A stretch of DNA of 64,000 bases from Zootoca vivipara (GCF_963506605.1 NC_083277.1:87606001-87670000); one strand, 5' to 3'. Shown: positions 1-13,112, counted from the first letter of the stretch. Program-made: numbers and translations. The notes: generated by a model from the sequence alone, not told the origin.

Positions 1-462
1 GATAGTTCTCCCGATTTGAAGCTGGGGTGGGAAAGGAACCAGAGATTGGGGGCTGAATGTAGATCAGTGTTTGACAGTAGATCCAGTGTGGTCCTGACAC
101 GAGAAAGGAACAGCTATTATGGTAGAAAGAGGGTTATTTTTTCCAACAGCCACATGTCTTTAGCTTACATGGAGCTTTCTGTGTAAGATTTTAAAAGGTT
201 ACAAACAAATATATCTGTTCAGATATAAAAGTATAACTATCAAGTTTATGTTCAGGTCTGTTACCACTAGGAAGAAGGAGGTGTATAAAACCTGCCATTT
301 CTCTACAATCAAAGGCTACTACAAAAGTTGGAATATCTTGGTCAATAGGATGTGTTTTTGTGATTGTGGTTAATTGATTTTGATTTTAGATAAACTCAGT
401 TTACCCACCTCTTTTAGAGAAACCATTCATTTCCCACTTGACAGGGAACACTTCCATTAAGC

Positions 463-598
463 CAGGCATGGCCAAACTTGGCCCTCCAGCTGTTTTGGGA
501 CTACAACTCCCATCATCCATAGCTAAAGGGACCAATGGTCAGGGATGATGGGAATTGTAGTCCCAAAACAGCTGGAATGGTAAGTTTGGCCATTCCTG
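463..598. mobile_element. hAT (Charlie-like) hairpin MITE, family A
   Basis: CAGG...CCTG ends, almost fully palindromic, 8-bp TSD cattaagc/ccttaagc. Confidence 0.85.
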
Positions 599-3500
599 CC
601 TTAAGCAGTCCAGTCTGCTTCTAGTGTTCAACATTATGTGATCATTTTCCTGTGTTGCAAGGCAGACAAACTTCTCTATTTTTTTAAAATAGCTACTCAT
701 TCTCTTTTGTTTACAAACTTCCTTTAAAGTATCATCTAATGATGCATTGTTTTGTAGAGGCTTGGAGAAGAGAAATAGAATTTAAGCCCCTTATTCATAG
801 GTCTTAGCATTTCAGTGTGTTGGGAGAAAACATCCATGCATTTATGCTGAGATGAGCATTGCTCAGTCCAGGATCACTTTCAGAGCTGTGCAACAACATG
901 CTGGGCTGAGGACCGGGGTAAGGGTGGGCAGACGGGGACAGAGTAGCACTTGAGATCATGCAATGTGTTGAGAATGGAAAGGGACTGAGGAAGATCCCTT
1001 GAGCAGAGAACAGGAAGGTTGGATTTGCCTTGTCTTCAGCCAGTTGAATTACATTAACTGTTCTATCTGGGCTTATTCACCACTACGGTTTTAGTTTTTC
1101 AACTGCAGAGTTCTTTTAAGAAACATTTTTTAAAAAATCACCGTAGGATGGAAATCTGTGCGGATACTTCGTGCTGTGAAGCCTTGAGTGCGCACAGCTT
1201 TGGTAAACAGTACAGAGTGAGATTGAGTATTTGTAAAATAGTCTCTTTGGGATAGGCTGATGAAAAACACAAGGAAACATAGCTGAAAGCCCGATGCAGA
1301 GGACATGCCAGCAGTGCAGCTGGATAAAGTAGTGGTTTAAAAGTTGGCAAGAAATGAGGCTATTCAATTAACACCTTCTTTTTTGAGCGCTCTAGACACA
1401 TATATTGGATGAAATAATGTTGACTAGATATCGGAAAGGCAAGAAGGCTGCTTATTCGCAGCTCCACTCTTCTCCACAGTGTCAAATGGTGTCTCAAGAT
1501 ATTAAAGGGTTGTTTTGGTAGGTTTTAAGTTTTGTTGCATGGAGTGGGAAATCTTCTTCTGTACATCAAGTTAATATTCCAGAACAATACTTCTATTTAT
1601 GCTAGTTCTCCAAAAAGTGAGGCACGTGCAGCAAAGTGATCAGTAAAGAAGAAATAGCTATTTTGACAGATCCATGCCTTTCATTTAACCCAGAAGCTAC
1701 AGCATTGGAATGGACAAAGAACAGATTCATGTAGCGTTTTTTAATTATTATTACCAGTAAATCCCAATTTTCAGGTGGGCACAACTGATTGTTAGCTGAT
1801 GACAGAAGCTGTATAGGAGACTTGTCCTAACAAGCAATAATTGTGTAATTAGGGGCTTTTAATCAAGTCATGGAATTCTAATTCATTCTTTGCCTTCATT
1901 CTGCTGAAAGTTAATATCATCCTCATTGAGTGAAATCCATCAGCAATCCTTTGTTCTCCAAACCCTTTGCAAGTGCTAGTGGCGCAGTCGGCCTTTATTT
2001 ATGTACAAGGCAGACAAGTGGTAAAAACTGTGCTATGTCAAAAACTAATATCCAAAAACAGTTGAAGGGTGCATCTTGTTTAATCCTTGCCACCACAAAT
2101 AGCCAAAAACTGCATTTCAAAATCGTATTTTGGGGAGTGTTTCAAAAGTAAAGAAAAGTGAAATCCATTACAGGAGTTTCCTGAGCAAATGTGATATTTA
2201 AGAGCAAGAAATACATGAAATGTTGACAAACAAGCAGTGATGAAGGTCCCCAGCATTATGGTTGTGTAACCCTTCCTGTGTGTGATTTCTCATAGAACTG
2301 GAAAAAACGTAGTGCTGCATCCTTTGCAAGCAGGTAACAGGTTTTAAGCCTGCAGGGGCTCCAGACTCTTAGCTTTCATTTAAGAAAGTAAGTCATTTGG
2401 AGACTTGTGAATAAAGCTAGGAAGCAAAGCATGCAGGCACCATTCTAAGACTGTAGATGGAGAGAAGCTGCTGCTGTTAACCAGTTAATCATGAGAGAGA
2501 AAAGATGCAGATCCCTCAAATATCTCATTCCATCCTTGCTTTACACAATCTTCTGCCATTGTTTTAAACCACCACTACCCCCCCCCCAGTCTTCATACCT
2601 ACTTGCTCCCATGCTATTGTTGTAAGCAAAAAAATGGCTTAATCTTCTGAGTTTATGCCAATAAAACTCAGAGACGTAAGGAGTTAGGAGTCCATCATTG
2701 TTTATTGCAAAGCAATAGGTTACAGTCAGATTGTTCTGCGAAACTGCAACCACGCCCAATGGTCGGGCAGTGGTATTTATAACATTTCAAGCAAAGCATT
2801 TCAGTTTTCACCAATCAAATAAATCACTACCTCATTTCATGTTTAATACGCATGCGCAATAAGCACTGGCAATTTATGGTGATTCAGGTTTGATTCTCGT
2901 CAATATCTGTTGACTAAGCTTTGATTCCCACTGTGTGATGTTACATTGTATTAGTATGCATGCTGGGAACCTGTGTTATGTGTAGCCATTTGCACAATGT
3001 AGCAACAGTTCTAGCTTTGAGCTGCATCTTTGTGATTCACATATTAGCTGTATTCTTGCCCTGGGGGGGGGGGGCAACTTGCAAAATCATCAGTTTCATA
3101 AAGCAATAGGTCACCATAACTGCTCTATTAGAAGTGCACTCTAAGATTTCCAGGGATACACATGATCACATTTATTTTGGCCCTTTGGGCCACCACCACC
3201 ACCACACTATGGACACTGTTGTGCAACCTGCCTACAATTTTGCTCCCCTATCCTGCCCTGACTTCTTGCAAATCCAGCATTGCAATGCCTCACTACAAGT
3301 CCTCCTAGCTGGGTGCACAATGTCATTATGACAATTTTTATTATAACAGAGAGACAAACTTGATATTAATATTTAGGCCTCAGCTTTCTGCTGAGGTTCT
3401 CCCCTTGTCTTTCCTCCCTCACACCTCCCTTATCAGCTCCTTTTCTCTCCAGTTCCCCAACTGTCAAATCTCATCTGACTCTCCCTCACCAACAAGTTTA

Positions 3501-3613
3501 CTTTCAATTGACTAGAATCTCGAATCTTATTCGGTCTCTCCTATCGCCCAGAGCAAGTGCAGTGAATTTGCCTGATCCAGGCCCTGCCTAACAAATTATC
3601 AATAACTAAAGAA

Positions 3614-3840
3614 GTTGGAGCAAAATAAAAAAAAAATCCTTCAGTAGCACCTTAAAGACCAACTACGTTTTTATTTTGGTATGAGCTTTTGTGTGCATGC
3701 ACACTTCATCAGATACCAAGTGTGCATGCACACGAAAGCTCATACCAAAATAAAAACTTAGTTGGTCTTTAAGGTGCTACTGAAGGATTTTTATTTTTAT
3801 TTTGCTTCAACTCAGACCAACACGGCTACCTACCTGTAAC
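3614..3840. mobile_element. Penelope-like element remnant with inverted pLTR (fold-back) and hammerhead motif
   Basis: About 93-bp inverted arms (3614-3706 / 3718-3811), PLE-type tail cagaccaacacggctacc, and an 18-bp direct repeat taactaaagaagttggag at 3603-3620 and 3837-3854. Confidence 0.75.
3676..3719 (-). ncRNA. Minimal PLE-type hammerhead ribozyme motif with one core mutation
   Basis: Minus strand reads UUGGUAU-CUGAUGA-A-GUGUGCAUGCACAC-AAAA-GCUC-AUACCAA: 7-bp stem I, intact CUGAUGA, palindromic stem II, and GAAA changed to AAAA. Confidence 0.7.
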
Positions 3841-4039
3841 TAAAGAAGTTGGAGTTCTTGATTGAAGCACACACAGAAATTGTGTAAAAGGGCAAGAACT
3901 CTGGCCACAGAAGTAAAATAGTGCTGTATTAATAGTTCAAATGATTCCAATTTTTCAGGAAGTCTCTTAGGATAGATTTCTTGAAGTTTATACACCAGGA
4001 GAGGGCCCTGTTTTGAAAATTATTCTTCAGCGAATAGTG

Positions 4040-4150
4040 AAAGAAAGAGGGAGAAGGAAGGAAGGAAGGAAGGAAGGAAGGAAGGAAGGAAGGGGTGAGA
4101 GAGAGAGAGAGAGAAAGGAAGGAAGAGAGGGATGGAAGGATGGAAGCTGG
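4040..4150 (+). repeat. (GGAA)n/(GA)n polypurine microsatellite
   Basis: Direct reading of the sequence. Confidence 0.9.
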
Positions 4151-5386
4151 GAGGAGGGGCGGAAGGGGCTCCCGTCCGTCCCTCCTCTCGCCTTGCTGTA
4201 AAGCAAGCAAAGCGAGAGCCGCTTACACGATCTTTGCTGCGCCTCTCCCAACGAAGCCTGCTCTTGCGAACGGCAGAGACTCAAAACTACCAGTACATGT
4301 TGACTCTAAGACTATATGCTGAAGAAGACTCTAATAAATTCTCAAAACAATGGTTTCTCTGCTCTCAGAACCTGTCACCAAGCAGCTGCTGCTGAACAGG
4401 ATAGCTGAACTTTGATAGTCACAGAGGTCACACAATATATTTTCCTTCATATATTAAATAATACTTTCAACATTTTTCCACACCGTGTTATAAGCGAAAT
4501 GTGGTTGTCCATGTTTAGCCATGGAAGCAGTTGTTTGGGTCAAGGGAATTCTGGCACAGCATTATCATATTATAATAACAACAACTTAGCTTTCATTGTT
4601 CTTTTGTGTTTTTCAAAATTAAGTGTGCAAGTATTCAGTACAATTGTTTTGAATACCTAGCAGTGAGTTAAAAGTTCAGGTTACTGGTGATATCTGATCT
4701 ATAATACATTTGACTGGTTAATTTTTATGTTTGGAAGAAATGCAAGGCAAGTTACACACATTAAATTAGTCTATAACGGAGAAATAAATTCAAGTAGGAT
4801 CCTAGCACAATTAGCCATGTAAAATAAAGATGATGGATAGCCTAGATGACAGACCCCGAGTCTAGATGCTTCCCCTCTGATTTCACTGGACAATTATTTT
4901 CGCATTTGCCAAGGAATATTTAGTGTCTTACAATGTAATTTTAGGATTTGCAGTACTATTGTATTATTCCAGAGATTGCTATAATTCTGAGGTTATTAAA
5001 GAAAATCTGGCAGCTCTTCCAAGTGCCTTAAACGCATTTTGTTGCAATATGAGACATAAAATGGCCTTTCTGAGGGCATCCTTATCCTGCATCCAGATTC
5101 CCATCAGATTTTTCTTAAGCAGCAACAGTCTTTGATGCTTATTAGTTCTGCCTGTTGGATCTTAATGGGATTTTCTCCCATCTACGTTACATTTGGTGGG
5201 GGGAACAGAGAAACTCTAAATTATTTCTGTAAATTTGAAGAAAGCAGCGATACTCCTTTTATACATCAGTGCCAGATAATGAATGTGGTTTGTTGGCCTG
5301 ATATGGCCAGTACAGGTCTTGCCGCATTGCCCGTTTCACTTTAAGCTGCTACTGCAATGTGTAGGCACTTTGCAGAAGTAGTTCAG

Positions 5387-6660
5387 CATAGAATCATAGA
5401 GTTGGAAGAGACAACAAGGGCCATCCAGTCCAACCCCCTGCCAAGCAGGAAACATCATCAAAGCATTCCTGACAGATGGCTGTTAAGCCTCCGCTTAAAG
5501 ACCTCCAAAGAAGGAGACTCCACCACACTCCTTGGCAGCAAATTCCACTGTCGAACAGCTCTTACTGTCAGGAAGTTCTTCCTAATGTTTAGGTGGAATC
5601 TTCTTTCTTGTAGCTTGAATCCATTGCTCCGTGTCCGCTTCTCTGGAGCAGCAGAAAACAACCTTTCTCCCTCCTCTATATGACATCCTTTTATATATTT
5701 GAACATGGCTATCATATCACCCCTTAACCTTCTCTTCTCCAGGCTAAACATACCCAGCTCCCTAAGCCGTTCCTCATAAGGCATTATTTCCAGGCCTTTG
5801 ACCATTTTGGTTGCCCTCTTCTGGACACGTTCCAGCTTGTCAGTATCCTTCTTGAACTGTGGTGCCCAGAACTGGACACAGTACTCCAGGTGAGGTCTGA
5901 CCAGAGCAGAATACAGTGGTACTATTACTTCCCTTGATTGAGATGCTATACTCCTATTGACGCAGCCCAGAATTGCATTGGCTTTTTTTAGCTGCTGCAT
6001 CACACTGTTGACTCAAGTCAAGTTTGTGGTGTACCAAGACTCCTAGATCCTTTTCACATGTACTGCCAGGTGTCACCCATCCTGTATTTGTGCCTTTGAT
6101 TTTATTTGCCCAAGTGTAGTACTTTAAATTTCTCCCTGTTAAAATTCATCTTGTTTGCTTTGGCCCAGTTGTCTAATCTGTTAAGGTCATTTTGAAGTGT
6201 GATCCTGTCCTCTGGGGTATTAGCCACCCCTCCCAATTTGGTGTCATCTGCAAACTTGCTCAGGATGCCCTCAAGCCCATCATCCAAGTCATTGATAAAG
6301 ATGTTGAATAAGACTGGGCCCAAGACAGAACCCTGTGGCACCCCACTAGTCACTACTCTCCAGGATGAAGAGGAGCCATTGATGAGCACCCTTTGGGTTT
6401 GGTCAGCCAGCCAGTTACAAATCCACTGAATGGTAGCATTGTCTAGCCCACATTTTACCAGCTTCTTTACAAGAATATCATGGGGCACCTTGTCAAAGGC
6501 CTTGCTGAAATCAAGATAGGCTATATCCACAGCATTCACTTCATCTACCAGGCTTGTAATTCTGTCAAAAAATGAGATCAGATTAGTCTGACATGACCTA
6601 TTTTTCAGAAACCCATGCTGACTTTTAGTGATCACAGCGTTCCTTTCTAGGTGCTCACAG
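5387..6660 (-). mobile_element. CR1 LINE, 5'-truncated, disrupted ORF2 (RT domain and C-terminus)
   Basis: ORFs 6102-6692 ([35 protein letters not shown]) and 5458-6003 ([16 protein letters not shown]). CR1-type ATTCTATG 3' tail; cagcataga repeated at both ends. Confidence 0.95.
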
Positions 6661-7894
6661 CATAGACACTTCTTTGAGTCCTGTCTGTTCATTCAGTATA
6701 CCTGCAGTACATAAGCTCCGCAGCATACATAGGCTGTTCTATTTATTACGAACCAATTTCATTTCAGACCTCACCAGCACTGCTGTAGGTCAACTTCCCT
6801 CCCTACCTGTGTCTGTTGAAATGTTCTTTGGGTTTCAGTTATCTTGGAATCTACATCTCAGGACTCTCTAGGTGTGCCTAGTCTTCATACAAAGAACTGG
6901 GGTGCTCATGGAAAAAAAATAAGTTTCCCATATCTCTAATGCCTGGAATATTCCACGATATTGTGCCTGTTGTCACAAGATAAATGGGAAAGGCAGGTGT
7001 GAGGGAGGAGGGATAGGCAAGGAGGGAGGAGTTCTCATATTACAATTCTGGTTGGAAAAGAACTAATGGGGCTGTAATACTCATCTCCCTTTATAGTCCA
7101 AACATGATGGATTTGAGTGACATCAGTAATGCCATGTTTTCTTGGCATACAAATTGAGATGAAAATGGTTCATTGAAGAGAGAATTTCGTCATCTGCTGC
7201 TGTGAAAACAATGAAGTAGAGGGGAAGAGAAAATAAAGAGGGAAACACATGCTGACTATAAAACATTTAACACAGGAAGAGGCTAAATACTGCAGATTGA
7301 GGTTTTCTCTAAACTTTTTTGTGGGTATATTCAGAATTGTTTGGGATTTATAGATTCTTGGTTACGCATAAAAAATAGAATTTCCACAAGGCAGCATGTC
7401 TGAAGTTGCTTAATAAAGGAACTTTTTATGTGCATAATGCTTGCTGGGTCTGGCATAAATATCAGCTTTGCAGAAGAATTTTATTTCTAATCTCACTTCC
7501 TGTCTCAGTGTTGAATTTGCAAGCAATGCTTTCAGATTATGCTTAGAGCAGTGTGGCACAAAGAGAAGTTGTCAAAGACTTCAGTGTTCAACAACAGTGG
7601 GCTGGTTGCTAAGGGAAGTGGTGCTTTTGGGTGGACAGGACTCAGCTTCTATGTCCCGTGGTATATTTATATCCCGTGGTATATTTTTCTGTCTACAAAA
7701 TATCGCAATACCATGTGATATATGTTTGAAGCTAAAATTAAAGCAGAGAAACAGTCCCCTTTTTGTATGGTACAACAAGTTGTGCTTCAGAGTTAATGTA
7801 AACGGTCTGTTTAAACAAGTACTACCCATATGATAGAATTTGATGCCTAAAAACTATGTTTTTATATTGAAATAATGATAATTGGATTTCTGTA

Positions 7895-7956
7895 CAGTCA
7901 TACCTCATGTTACGTCCGCTGCGGGTTACGTCTTTTCAGGTTATGGATGCGCCGAA
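7895..7956. mobile_element. Tc1/mariner (Tigger-like) MITE, left end only
   Basis: TA|CAGTCATACCTC start resembling the other TA-CAGT MITEs in the window; no right TIR found. Confidence 0.5.
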
Positions 7957-7977
7957 CAAGCACAAACTTACACAGTG

Positions 7978-8620
7978 TGCCCTCCCACCTTACCTCGGCC
8001 GGCAGTTTGACCTACATGCCGCCACTCTAGGGCCAGGGACTCCCGCAATCAGCCCTTTAACAAGCCCTGCAAATGCCGCCACCTGGGGATGCATGAAATG
8101 CCTCCCCCCAACTCGAAGATAGACTAAAGGATACCTTGCCAAGGTGTAAAAATCACCACCCAAGGGGCCTTGCCGCCAAGAAACCCACAGCTGAAGGACA
8201 AACAGCTTTCCCCCCACCATGTCATTCTCGCCCAGGAGCAGAGCCAATACTGTCAGTGGGCCATGTGCCACTGCCTCCCTCAGCAGCATGGGCATCAAGG
8301 CGGGCCAACGCATGCCCCGCCGGCCCATCCAATAGATGTGTAACTTGGGGTGGATGTCGATACTGCGGCCCCAGTCATGTGACGAGGCATAGGCCGCCAC
8401 TCAGTGAACGATGCTATGCCCCACCACCCATATCTTCGTTCTAGGCAGACCTCAATCTGGTTGCTCACCGGAACACGTCCTGCAACCTGGAAGAAAAGAA
8501 ACAAAGTGAGGTTTGGCTGAAGGGGTCGGCCTCCTTCCCCTGGCCCTGCCCCCTTCCGTCCATCCATTGTCCTCCCAGGCCAAACCCCGCCCACCTGTTG
8601 GAAAGGGAGGGTGGAAATTC
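7978..8620 (-). mobile_element. Ngaro/DIRS-group tyrosine-recombinase retrotransposon fragment with degraded SGNH hydrolase ORF
   Basis: Minus frame reads KIWVVGHSIVH*VAAY...IYWMGRRGMRWPAL...LALLLGENDM, giving SGNH block I (GHS), block II (G) and block III (GxND). GC-rich relative to flanks. Confidence 0.75.
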
Positions 8621-10519
8621 TCTCTTATATATAAAATCATAAGCATGTTGTCAGTTGCAGTTCACTTGGTCACAGGCAGGTGGTAGTTCAAACTTCAGGG
8701 AGACAACCTGCTGGGCCATCAACCTAGCCAAGGTGAGGAGAAGGAGGGATATGTAGAATAAAGGTACAGGTTCAGGAAAGGTGAGGAGAAGAGAACCAGA
8801 AGGTGGAGGAGTGAGCAGGCAAACCTAGGCAAGCCTTGGAGGTATGGCGAACTGAGGGTGAGGGGTTTTTTTTGGCAAGATGTAAAAGGGAGAGGGTTGG
8901 TGAGGGAGTGGGGTGGGGAGTAAACAGAGTTACAGCCCCTAGTTATGAATAAATGTATAAAATGAGATATTAGTGCTTGTAATATCATTTTTATTAGTGC
9001 TATTCAAATTCTTAATACTTGTTTCCTCACAAAGGAAGCTATTAGATTTTGAAACCGCATACCTGCACACATTCTGTTAGCTAAAGAATTGATTTTGCAA
9101 CTATTGCTTTTAATTATGCACGTTCTTAGGGTTGGCTGGACTTCCATTTGTGTGCATGTGTTTCCTCTGCTTTCCCCCATGTTTAGACATTGAAAATGAG
9201 CCTTATGGAAAGGAGAATTCCCCCCAGAACATCCTTTGATACGAATGTGAGTTGTGGGTTGTGCCAAAGGCTTATATTTCACATTTGCTTTAGACTCCAT
9301 GTCCGAGAAACAAGCGCCTTCCTGCTTTCAACAAGACAAAGTCTGTGTTGTGGGTAAAAGGTCCTCAAGGTATTCTTGACACTGCCTTTCCTAATGGTTC
9401 CTTGTTGATCCATATGTATGGCTATGATCCTTGACCAGCTCCCTATCTTAATAGGAACAACCTGTGATGAGAAGTATATGGAGTCTTGAGATGTATAAGA
9501 AATCCATTCATCCACACAAACAAAAATTGACCCGAGGGCAGGACCACCAAGAATGTAAAGGAGTCCCCAGGAGTACTTCAGATGTAACAGTTCTCTTTGA
9601 CTTGTTTTTACAATATTTTTTTACAATGTTCCTTATTTTATTATTTTATATATTAAGGTGAAATTGAAACTAGAGTGAATTATGATGGCACACGTTAACA
9701 TTTGCGGGGATAAATTTGAGACTCCTGGAGTGTACCCACCCAAACATTACAGATGAGAATGTACTGAAGCATTAATTCATACGAAGAGTTTTATTCTAGG
9801 TTTCTAAATTAAGTTGACATGCATAGTTTTCAATTTTTGATTGAATATTTATAGGAGTTGTGTTGTAAAATCTTTGCCTCTTGTACACCCCACTTATTTC
9901 TGAATATCTGTCGTTGGAAAGAATGAGTTACAAGTGAATATTGGATATAAAGTTTAAAAATTCTCCAGCTTCTTTTTGTATACTCTCTTGGAGTTCCAGA
10001 GGATGATAGCAATAAAGATCTGGTTTCTCTGAAGACTCGGGATTATAAGGAACTATAAAAATAAGCTGTGTTTAATGGTCTCTGAGATTTATGAATCCAA
10101 TCTCTTCCTTTGGGGACTGGACTGGCTTGGTTTTAAAACTGTAACTCTCTGATTGGCAAACTTATTTTCTCCCTATAGTCATAGATGGTATCTGATGAAG
10201 CCAGAACTGAGGAGTTGTAATAAAATAAGAGGCCTTTAGTGTGTGTGGGGGGGGGGTTCTGTTTGCTGCTAAGATACTTTTGTAAATGTGAAATTGCCAC
10301 TGCCAAGCAGACACATAAAACAGTAATAGTGAAAATCCTAAAGTGATCAGTGGAGTCTAGTTAATGGTCTGTTAATTTGTGGCAACGTAATATCACTTGT
10401 TTGGATTGACATTCTTGCCTCTTCATGTTTTTTTCATGGGGTATTGAAGACACCAAAAGTGCTTCTTTAGCTCCGCTGAGCATTTCTTTTGTTTCAAAAA
10501 AGAAAAGAAAAAGGGATTG

Positions 10520-10623
10520 TATTCAACTAAGTTTTACTCAAAATAAACCCACTGAAATTAATGAACATGACCAAATTGGGTCAATTATTTCAGCAAGTAC
10601 TTTGATAATAGCTTAGTTGAATA
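10520..10623. mobile_element. Old hairpin MITE (unclassified squamate family)
   Basis: Perfect 12-bp inverted ends tattcaactaag/cttagttgaata; related decayed copy near 57016-57115. Confidence 0.55.
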
Positions 10624-11437
10624 GCACTTGTGAGTTCTTTTTGTTTGTTTGTTGCTGGAAGCCCCAATTTCACCCCAGTGAACATATAAAAAATCCTATG
10701 CGGAAATACTTCATTTCTGTTCAATAAATGGTATTAGTAAATACATGATTACCCATTTTTGCAATGTCATTCTTGAATGATTTTTTTTACTTTGTTATAT
10801 GAAAAAAGTAGAATTCCACAGACCTGCAGTAGTTCTTACATGTATTCTTTCTCTCCTGCACACAGCCAGATCCATGTACATGCATGTAAGCAGAGCATTC
10901 AGCTCCATTCATTCATTCATTCATTCATGCACACACTCTCTCAACATCCCTCCTGTCTTTCCTAGAAATACCAGGGATTTCTTTAATTTATGAGAAGCAA
11001 ATAACAGTTTCTGAAATGTCCAGTGAAGTTTCATAGGGATTTCATGTCTGTCCCCCTCCACAGTCACTTGATACTTCAGTAACCTGGGAAATAAATTAAT
11101 ACTCCATCTCATGTCTTCTTCACCCAATCTCCCTGGAAATACCAAAGATCCCTTCTCACTCCATCACTGCATAATCAGCGTGTTTCTTCCTTCCTCTGAG
11201 CATGGAGGGAAAAGATTGGGGGAAGGCAGGAGAGATGCTTTATTGTCTCCCTTGTAGAATGGAACAGGCAAGACAAGAAACTATTTGCAGAAGCACAGTT
11301 TCTCCCACTCCTTCTCTACTCGGTCACGTTCCCTCTATGGCAGTGAGTGCACCATGGAACTTAGCACCCATTTTTCTAGCGAAAGGATCTGTTTCTCTCA
11401 TTCCATTTCCCTTCTTGGATCATTCCATGCTAAGATT

Positions 11438-12088
11438 GTTGTTGTTGTTTAGTCGTTTAGTCATGTGCGACTCGTCGTGACCCCATGGACCAGAGCATGC
11501 CAGGCACTCCTGTCTTCCACTGCCTCCCACAGTTTGATCAGACTCATGTTGGTGGCTTCGAAGAACACTGTCCAACCATCTCGTCCTCTGTCGTCCCCTC
11601 CTCCTTGTGCCCTCCATCTTTCCCAACATCAAGGTCTTTTCCAGGGAGTCTTCTCTTCTCATGAGGTGGCCAAAGTATTGGAGCCTCAGCTTCACGATCT
11701 GTCCTTCCAGTGAGCATTCAGGGCTGATTTCCTTAAGAATGGATAGGTTTGATCTTCTTGTAGTCCATGGGACTCTCAAGAGTCTCCTCCAGCACCACAA
11801 TTCAAAAGCATCAATTCTTCGGCGATCGGCCTTCTTTATGGTCCAACTCTCACTTCCATACATCACTACTGGGAAAACCATAGCTTTAACTATACGGACC
11901 TTTGTCGGCAAAGTGATGTCTCTGCTTTTTAAGATGCTGTCTAGGTTTGTCATTGCTTTTCTCCCAAGAAGCAGGCGTCTTTTAATTTTGTGACTGCTGT
12001 CACCATCTGCAGTGATCATGGAACCCAAGAAAGTAAAATCTCTCACTGCCTCCATTTCTTCCCCTTCTATTTGCCAGGAGGTGATGGG
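11438..12088 (-). mobile_element. BovB (RTE) LINE, 5'-truncated
   Basis: ORF2 C-terminus (LDSILKSRDITLPTKV...ELWCWRRLLRVPW), (CAA)n tail, 11-bp TSD atgctaagatt at 11427-11437 and 12089-12099. Confidence 0.95.
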
Positions 12089-12945
12089 ATGCTAAGATTA
12101 TTATACAGCTAATCCTTCAACACCTAGAACATAATCAGAACCATCTGATTAAAAAAATACATTTGAAAAAACACCCAATTTCCTATTCTAAATTGCAAAC
12201 TTCATCTTCACTTAACTACTACTTGCTCATGTTGCATTGTTATGTTTATCTAGTTTTAAAATCTAGAAATATGCAAGTGTTGCCTAGTTAGTTAATACTG
12301 TACTGTTTTAGGATGTACCATAGTGTGGGCTGCAGTGTCTGCATTTATCTCTGGGGTGGAAGTAATGAGAAATTATTCAGAGTGGCTTAAGATGGGTGGA
12401 AAGGCATGCAGTGAACACGTGGGGGAGAGAGCAGAATGAATGTGGGGTGGTGAGAGGAAAGACTGCAGCTGAAGGTGGGAGAAGGAAAATGAGATGATTA
12501 CTTGGAGAGGAAAAAGATAAGAGGGGGGAGCTGGTTAAAGTGCATCAGATGGGAAAAGACAGACATACTGATGGATTTGGTTAGTGATTTGAGACAGGAA
12601 AGGGGGTCTTGGAGAGTTGATACAAATAAGTTGATTCATCTGTCAAACGACTGAGGAGGAAGTAGGGAGGCAAGTTTAGGATTTGTGAGAAGGATATGAA
12701 AACTAAGTATTTAATAGCATGAAATAGATTAGGAATATTTTAATGAAAAATGAGATTAATTAGTACTAGGTTTTCTGGCCTTTTGAAATTATTATATTTA
12801 AATTATAAATGTAAACTATAAATCAGTAGGATTGCTTGATGCAATTTTGTATGCATTGTTTTCTTCATCCCCATTTAATTCCACCAATCTTATCTTAACA
12901 CCATCCCTTTTATTCTGGCGCTTGAGAGGCGAGTGCTGGTCCCTT

Positions 12946-13112
12946 AAAGGTAAAGGGTAAAAGGACCCCTGACCATTAGGTCTAGTAGTGACCGACTCTG
13001 GGGTTGCGGCGCTCATCTCGTGTTATTGGCCGAGGGAGCCGGCGTACAGCTTCCAGGTCATGTGGCCAGCATGACAAAGCCGCTTCTGGTGAACCAGAGC
13101 AGCACATGGAAA
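12946..13112 (-). mobile_element. Sauria SINE, 3' half
   Basis: (ACCTTT)-type tail; near-identical to the 3' part of the full copy at 45351. Confidence 0.9.

Noticed and set aside
4315-4355. CTGAAGA...AAAAC and CTGATGA at 10192 as further hammerheads
   Set aside because: No pairing stems I and II and no GAAA at the right position.
3929-4395. Several overlapping ORFs
   Set aside because: Produced by the stop-free GGAA/GA microsatellite.
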